Source: an uncultured Verrucomicrobiae bacterium
GTDB lineage: Bacteria > Verrucomicrobiota > Verrucomicrobiia > Chthoniobacterales > UBA10450
Assembly (NCBI GenBank): GCA_963756875.1
Contig: CAVWPA010000001.1
Location: 384,001-448,000, forward strand
Reading direction: 5' to 3'
Length of the DNA stretch: 64,000 nt
The position numbers and the translations under genes were made by a program. A model generated the notes under the pieces. It ran no database searches. It saw only the letters and a program-made list of their open reading frames with translations, and had not been told where the DNA came from. Below, piece by piece: positions 56,939 through 64,000 of this stretch (within the stretch, counting starts at the first letter, position 1; every line of letters begins with the position of its first letter).

Positions 56939-59068
56939 ATTTCGCGTTCTTCATCCCGAGCTCTTTGACCAGAAAGGCCCAGCGGTCGGCGGCTTCCTGA
57001 ATGATTTTTGTCGTTGGTTTGCCCGCGCCGTGGCCGGCTTTGGTTTCGATCCGGATCATCACCGGTTTGTCGCAACCCTGCGCGGCTTGCAATGTCGCCG
57101 CGAACTTAAAACTATGCGCCGGCACAACCCGATCGTCATGATCCGCGGTGGTGATCAGCGTTGCCGGATAACAGCAGCCCTTGGCAATATGATGCAGCGG
57201 CGAGTAGGCGTAGAGAAATGGAAAATCTGCGCGGTTATCGGAGCTGCCGTAGTCGGAGGTCCACGCCCAGCCAATGGTAAATCTTTGGAAGCGCAACATG
57301 TCCATCACACCCACCGCGGGCAGCGCCGCGCCGTAAAGATCGGGGCGTTGCGTCAGGCACGCGCCAACGAGCAAGCCGCCGTTACTCCCGCCGCCGATCG
57401 CCAGTTTCGGCGTCGACGTGTACTTGTTGTCGATCAGGTATTGGGCGGCGGCGATGAAATCGTCGAAGACGTTTTGCTTCACATACAGCATCCCGGCTTC
57501 GTGCCATTTCTCTCCGTACTCGCCTCCCCCGCGAGATGTTCGGCACTGCATAGATCCCGCCCATTTCCATCCAGACGAGATTGGCTGGATTAAACGACGG
57601 CGTGATGGAGATATCGAACCCGCCGTATCCATAAAGGTAAGTCGGATTCCGGCTGTCGCGTTTCATTCCCTTTTTATAGGAAATGAACATCGGGACACGG
57701 GTACCATCGGCGCTTTTGTAAAAGATCTGCTCGGTGGTGTAATCGTCCGGGTTGAATTTCATCTTCGGCTGAAAAAGCGGTTCGCTTTTGCCAGTGTCGA
57801 AGCTGTAACGGAAGATCGATGTTGGCGTGGTGAAGCTGGTGAACGAATAAAACGTCTCGCGATCGGTGCGTTTGCCGGTGAATCCGTCGCGGCTGACCCA
57901 ATTCCAGGCAGCGCAATTTCGCCATCGGCCGAACCGTCCAGCTTGAATAGCTTCACCATGCTGTGCGCATCCTTTAGATAAAGCGCAACGAACCGGTCGC
58001 CCACCACGCTGACAGCCTGAAGTTTGTCGCTCGATTCGGAAACGAGCTCTTTGATTTGTGGCGGCAATCCTTTGTCCGTGTCGATCGAAATGATGCGGCC
58101 TAGCGGCGCGTTCAAGTCCGTCCTGAACCAGAATATCGGTCCGTCGTTATCGAGAAAGTTGTACTCGGCATCCGCCTTATCGAGCAGTTCGATTACCTTC
58201 GAGTTTGGATCGGCCAGCTCCTCATAAAACACGCGGTTTTTGGGATCGGTGCCGCGCTGGATCGTAATGATGAGATAGCGGCCGTCGTCCGTCACGTTGC
58301 CGCTGAAGAGCCAGTCTTTGTGGTCGGGTCGCTGGTAAATCAATTTGTCCTGCGATTGCGGCGTGCCGAGCTTGTGGAAATACAACTTCTGGTTGTAAAC
58401 CTGCGTGCGCAGTTTGTTTTTCTCATCCGATTTGTCGTAACGGCTGTAAAAGAAACCGCTGTCGTCTTTTTTCCACGATGCGCCCGAGAATTTGATCCAA
58501 TCGAGTCTGTCGCTTCGATCCTTGCCGGTGGCGACATCGCGAACCTTCCACTGTTCCCAGTCGGAACCGGCGGTGCTGAGCCCATAGGCCATCAATCTTG
58601 CGTCGTCGGTCACATCGAGGCCGTTCAAGGCAACCGTGCCGTCCTTGGACAGGGTGTTTGGATCGAGAAGCCTTTTGGGTGGCTTGGACAGGTTCGTCGA
58701 CGTGTAAAGAGCGCTTTGGTTTTGCAGGCCCGAGTTCACGGAAAAAAAATAGCGGTCTTTTTCCTTAAAAGGCACGCCGAACCGCTTATAATTCCAGACC
58801 TCGGTGAGGCGTTTCTTGATGGCGGCGCGTTGAGGAATGGTGTTCAGGAAATCGAACGTCACGTTGTTCTCGGCTTCGATCCATTGACGCGACGCCGCCG
58901 AATCGGGGTTTTCGAGTGGCCGGTAAGGATCGGGAACTTTTGTGCCGAAATAATCGTCAACCTGGTTGCTGGTTGGTGCGGAGGGATACTTGAATTTGTT
59001 TGTGAGTCCGCGGCGAAAAGAATCGTCAGCGGCGAAATGATAAGAAGCGCAAAAAATTGGCGGTTCAT
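56934..59068 (-). pseudogene. Prolyl oligopeptidase (S9A), broken by about 3 frameshifts (~59000, ~57890, ~57533)
   Basis: DPYRPLE, YGYGGF, GGSNGG, DDRV and AGHG motifs spread over different frames; signal peptide from ATG 59068. Confidence 0.88.
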
Positions 59069-59120
59069 GGAAATGCTGTCGAATATTGCCGAGAGGAAAG
59101 AGAAGAGCATCTTTTATTTT

Positions 59121-59192
59121 TGCAGCCACGGCGCTCTGCCGCTGTGAATTGCCACTCGCCGCGGAGCGCCCCGGCAGAGCGGTGCGGCTACA
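59121..59192. repeat. REP-like element
   Basis: tgcagcc...ggctaca. Confidence 0.75.
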
Positions 59193-59320
59193 AATGCTGG
59201 AGGCTTGGCATTCCGGCTGCTTTTTAAGAGTATCGCAAGCTAGGAAGTCACCTAAACGAAATTAAAAGTTCCTCAGCTTCTGCAGCGCGGCTATTACTGG
59301 CCGCGCTTTTTTTTCTTTTC

Positions 59321-59413
59321 TGTAGAGGCCGCTGTCCCAGCGACAAGGACGATTTGTAGGCCGTCTGTGTCAGAGGGCAGGTGAATCGGACGCCTCGGAG
59401 AGACGTCCCTACC
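59321..59413. repeat. Composite REP-like element
   Basis: tgtagaggcc, tgtaggccgtc and ...gacgtccctacc units. Confidence 0.6.
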
Positions 59414-62400
59414 TTAAGCTTGCTTCCAGCCGTTACCGTCGCGCGCGACTGCCATCTCCGGCGTAAGATCGGCCTCTTCGGCCTCTTCATCTTCTGCGCC
59501 GATGTCCATCAACGACTTTTCGTGATGTTCCTTGGCGATGAGCATGTAGAGGGAAGGAACGATGAAGAGCGTGAAAATGGTTCCAATCGTCATGCCGCCG
59601 ACCAACACAAGACCGATGGAATTTCGCGCGGCCGCGCCCGCCCCGGTCACCAGCGTCAGCGGAAAGTGACCGGCAACCGTGGCCACACTTGTCATCATGA
59701 TCGGACGCAGACGGATGCGTCCCGCCTGCGCGACTGCCGCAAGTTTCGTCAAACCCTGCCGCTGCAACTGGTTTGCGAACTGAACAATGAGGATGGCGTT
59801 TCGCGAAACCAGCCCGACGAGTGTCACCAGGCCAACCTTCGAATAGATGTTGAGCGTCGTCGTCCAGCCGTCTGTAAAGAAGTGCCCGAACGGCATTTTT
59901 AAGAACGTAAAAAGAAGCGCTCCGAACATCGCCAGCGGGACCGAGCCAAGCAGAATAATGAGCGGGTCGCGGAAGCTGTTGAATTGAGCGGCGAGGACGA
60001 GAAAGATCAGGACTATGGCGAACAAAAAGACGGGCAGAAATTTATTCCCTTCCGTTCGCAGCTGGCGTGACTCGCCGGTGTAATCGAGGACGTAACCTTT
60101 TGGCAGAATCTTCTGCGCTTCGTCGTCGAGAAATTTGAGGGAAGCGTCGAGGGAGCGGGCGGGGACGCCGCTGATGGTGACGGCGTTGAGCTGTTGCATT
60201 CGGTTGAGCGAACGGGCCACCGTCTTGTGCTTGATCGTTGCTACGGTGCTGAGAGGTATCAACTGCCCGTTTGGTCCGCTGACGTAAATATTTTCCAGCT
60301 GCTGCGGATTCAAACGATCGATCCGCTTGATCTGCGGAATGACCTTGTAACTGCGGCCGGCAATGTTAAAACGATTGACATAGTTTCCGCCGATGCTCGC
60401 GGAAAGGTCCGCGCCGACTCTCTGCATGTCGAGCCCAAGCGAGGCCACCTTGTCATGATCGAAAACGATTTGCGCTTGCGGCTGATCGATTTTGGTGTCG
60501 ATGTCCGCGAACATGAAAACGTGCGCTTGCATCGCTTTCAGATAGAGCTGCTTCGCAAATTCGAGAATGCGTTCCGGGTCGGCAGTCGACGTGATGACAA
60601 AACTCACAGGGAAACTGTCGCTGCCCGGGAGCGCGGAGGGCATGACCGGAAACATTTGGATGCCAGGAATCTCCGCGAGCTCTTTCTGGACTATCGGCAG
60701 ATAGGCTGAGGTCGGCGTTTTTCGAATGCCCCACGGTTTTAAGACCATGCCGCCAAAGCCGCCGTCAGGATTCGTGATCTGAAAAGTGAACCGTGTGTCC
60801 GGAATACCCATGAAAATCTTGTTGGCCGCATCGGCATAACGAATCGTATCGTCGATTGTCGCATTCGCCGGCGCGGTCATTATGCCAAAGATGACGCCCT
60901 GATCCTCAGTCGGCGCCAATTCCTTTGGTGACATCGTATAAAAGACCACTGCCAAAATGGACAATCCAATCCAGATGACATAGATCGCGGGGCGAGCCTG
61001 AAGGGTTCGGTCCAGATGCTCGCCGTACCAGTTGCGAAACCTGTCGAACGTGCGATTGACCCAGCCGCTGAATCCTGTATCGACATGCTCCGGGCGCAAC
61101 AAATGCGCTGACATCATCGGGGAAAGCGTGAGCGCGACGATGCCGGAAATGAAAACCGCGCCTGCGAGCGTGAGTGCAAATTCACGAAAGAGCGCCCCGG
61201 TCAGTCCGCCTTGAAGGGCAATTGGCGTATAGACAGCTGCCAATGTGATCGTCATGGCGATGATCGGGCCAATCAGTTCGCGCGCTCCCTTCAGAGCGGC
61301 ATTCATACGCGACATGCCTTCGCGCATGTGACGCTCGACGTTTTCCACGACAACGATCGCGTCGTCCACGACCAATCCAACCGAAAGCACGATGGCCAGC
61401 AGGGTCAGCAGGTTGAGCGTGAAGCCGAACGCCTGCATGAGAAACAACGCGCCGATGAGCGAAATCGGAATGGCCACCACCGGCACGACTACGGACCGGA
61501 AAGAACCAAGGAACAAAAAGATCACGACCATCACGATGAGCAACGTATCGATCAAGGTTTTTACGACCTCGTGAATCGCGTCGTTGATGTAAGCCGTCGA
61601 GTCGTAGGCGACCCGAGCGGTCATGCCCGTCGGCAATTCTTTTTGGATTTGCCCCATCTCGGCGCGAACGCGTTTGATCACGTCGACGGAATTCGCGTTT
61701 GGCAAAACCCAAATGCCCATGAACACAGCCTTCTGACCGGAGAAACGTCCTTCGGTGTTGTAATCCTCCGCGCCGAGCTCGACATCGGCGATATCTTGCA
61801 AGCGTATCAGATTTCCCTTCTCTTCACGCACGACCAGATTCTTAAAATCGTCCACTGTGTGCAAATCGGTGTTGGCAGTGAGATTCACCTGTAGCAGCGA
61901 ACCTTTTGTGCTTCCGACGGCCGACAAATAATTGTTGCGTGCGAGTGCGTCCCGCACCTGGGACGGGCTGATGTTCAGCGCCGCCATGCGATCCGGTTTC
62001 ATCCAAACGCGCATCGCAAAGGTGCGGCCGCCGAGAATGTCTGCTTTTTGCACGCCACTGATGGCGGTCAGGCGCGGTTGCACGAGCCGCACCAGGTAAT
62101 CCGTTATTTCGTTAGGCTGAAGAATGTCCGAGGTGAAGCTCAAGTCACGCCGCGGCGAAGCGCGAATCCGCCGACTCGATGCTGATCACTGGGATCTCTG
62201 CTTCTGGTGGCAGGTCGCGCCGGATGGCGTCCACTTTCGAAGTGATTTCCGACAGGGCCTTGTTTGCGTCGTAGTTGAGCTTCAGGCGCGCAGTGATCAG
62301 TGATTGGCCCTGTTTGCTTTGCGATTGGATGTAATCGATGCCGTCCGCGGCCGCGATCGCGCGCTCGAGCGGAGTGGTAATAAATCCGCGGACCAGTTCC

Positions 62401-62603
62401 GCATCCGCGCCAATGTAAACGGTCGAGACCGTGATCGCAGCGATATCGCTGCGGGGATATTGGCGCACGTTTAGTCCGCCGAGTCCCTGTAATGACGGAA
62501 AGAGAATCGGCAAGAGTGCCTTGGATCCGGCGATGAGGATCACAAAGCTGACCACCATCGCCAGCACCGGGCGCTTGATGAAAAGATCGGTGAAGGATTT
62601 CAT
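59414..62603 (-). CDS. RND efflux permease (AcrB family), one-base frameshift at ~62146
   Basis: FIKRPV, GLVVDDAIVVVENV, RLRPIMMT; removing one base restores AAAYLSFTS. Confidence 0.92.
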
Positions 62604-62611
62604 GCGGATTG

Positions 62612-62733
62612 CGGAACGCACGCGTCCTCGCGCGCACATTTAGGCGCTCTCGCCGAAACGCGGTCTGTGGAGTAGCTGCATTCCCGTCGTCGGCGGGGCG
62701 CCGACTCCAGCACGCGAGGCGCGTGCGCTCCCC
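62612..62733. repeat. Palindromic intergenic repeat
   Basis: ggaacgcacgcgtcctcgcg ... cgcgaggcgcgtgcgctcc inverted arms. Confidence 0.7.
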
Positions 62734-62768
62734 GGAATTGAACGTGCGATTTCGTATTTGTCATCACG

Positions 62769-63941
62769 TTACGAGTCGGCCGGTGTCGGATTAACCTGTG
62801 GTTTTGGCGCGAGATCGTTGTCGATGGTCACAGCCATGCCGTTGCGCAGCTTGAAAACACCCGTGCCAACGATAGTTTCTCCCGCTTTCAAGCCTTTGGT
62901 GACGGAAACAAAGTCGCCCCGGGTCTCGCCAATTCGCACAAATTGCTGCCGGATGGTCTGTGTTTCCTTTTTCGTTTTCGGGTCCTTTTTTTTCTCGATG
63001 ACGAAAACGGAATCGCCATAAGGGGCGTAGGAAACAGCTGTTCCCGGAATCACCAGCGTTTTCTCTTTTTGCGGCAGCAGAACGTCGACCTTCGCGAACA
63101 TGCCCGGATGCAGGGTGTGGTTCGGGTTCTGTAATGTCGCCTGCAGCGAGACGTTGCGCGTTACCGTGTTCACCATCGAATCCATCGCGGTGAGTTTTCC
63201 TTTGAACTCACGCCCGGGAACGGCGTCAACGCGGACCTGCACATCCAAACCCTGACTCAGTTTCTCCAGGAATTGCTCCGGCAACGCAAAATCGACATAC
63301 ACCGGATCGAGCGATGTCAGTTGAACCACCTGCTGACCGGCGGGAATCGTTTGTCCAACGTTCACCAGGCGAATGCCGAGCCAGCCGTCAAACGGCGCGC
63401 GCACCTCTTTTTTCGCGATCATGGAGCGCATGTTGTCCACCGTGCCTTGCTTTTGCTGAAATTTCGATTCGGCCGCATCAAGATCCGCCTTCGAGAGGAC
63501 TTTGCGTCTCGCCAGATCGCGTGTCCGCTCCAGGTCGGACCGCGCCAGTTCCAGGTCCGCTTCCGCCGTGTGCAATTGGGCATCTTCGGAAGAAGTATCG
63601 AGCTTGACCAGCACGTCGCCTTTCTTTGCCTCACCGCCGTTTTGGAACAGCACTTGGCTAACCGTGCCGCCGAGCTCTGCGGAGACTACCGCGCCTTGGA
63701 CGGCGCTGACGGTAGCGACCGCCGAGAGTTTTGGCGCCCAATTTTCCTCCTTCACCGGCGCACTGGTGACGGTTACGGTCGGCATAACTTTCGGGGTGCT
63801 CATCATTTTGCCGATTTGCAACGCCTTGATGCCGACTACGAAGATCAGGATCGTTACCAAGAGTCCGATGGCGATGCCGAGCGCTCCAAATTTTGATCTC
63901 ATTTTAGACTTCGTCGGGGCAGTTTTCGCCACGTCATGCAT
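62769..63941 (-). CDS. RND efflux periplasmic adaptor (MFP)
   Basis: N-terminal TM, VRAPFDG, LHPGMFA, GLKAGETIV. Confidence 0.92.
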   Translation of the reverse strand: MHDVAKTAPTKSKMRSKFGALGIAIGLLVTILIFVVGIKALQIGKMMSTPKVMPTVTVTSAPVKEENWAPKLSAVATVSAVQGAVVSAELGGTVSQVLFQNGGEAKKGDVLVKLDTSSEDAQLHTAEADLELARSDLERTRDLARRKVLSKADLDAAESKFQQKQGTVDNMRSMIAKKEVRAPFDGWLGIRLVNVGQTIPAGQQVVQLTSLDPVYVDFALPEQFLEKLSQGLDVQVRVDAVPGREFKGKLTAMDSMVNTVTRNVSLQATLQNPNHTLHPGMFAKVDVLLPQKEKTLVIPGTAVSYAPYGDSVFVIEKKKDPKTKKETQTIRQQFVRIGETRGDFVSVTKGLKAGETIVGTGVFKLRNGMAVTIDNDLAPKPQVNPTPADS

Positions 63942-64000
63942 AAGTTGCTACGGGCTCCGATTTGAACAACAAGCGCCAAAGCCGCCCCGTTACCTCCTGT

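Noticed and set aside
62140..62150. Programmed frameshift or TGA recoding in the RND permease
   Set aside because: No slippery sequence; one extra base explains it and similar indels occur elsewhere

Overview
64 kb of a GC-rich bacterial chromosome, most likely Verrucomicrobiota (Chthoniobacterales-like; inferred from RpoB/RpoC, the exosortase/PEP-CTERM genes and the repeat families). Most of the window is core genome: end of a ba3-type oxidase/SCO operon, hydrolases, rplA-rplJ-rplL-rpoB-rpoC, rpsB-tsf, NHEJ (ligD, ku), purS/purQ/bioD, tyrS, tadA, an exosortase system, hppA, transporters and an RND pump, with many GTAG-type REP-like palindromes. The accessory part is a ~7.7 kb, visibly AT-richer island with no integrase (35453-43176), bounded by tRNA-Gln(CTG) and a displaced copy of its 3' end. 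The island holds (i) short unrelated genes, mostly with signal peptides; three start codons share an upstream module (TGACCCT-N8-AGGGTAA-like core, a hairpin, then ATG exactly 40 nt after GGTAA), and (ii) an unannotated graspetide-like RiPP pair: a 55-61 aa precursor missed by the ORF track and an MvdD-like ATP-grasp ligase. Several single-base frameshifts in otherwise intact genes suggest assembly indel errors.
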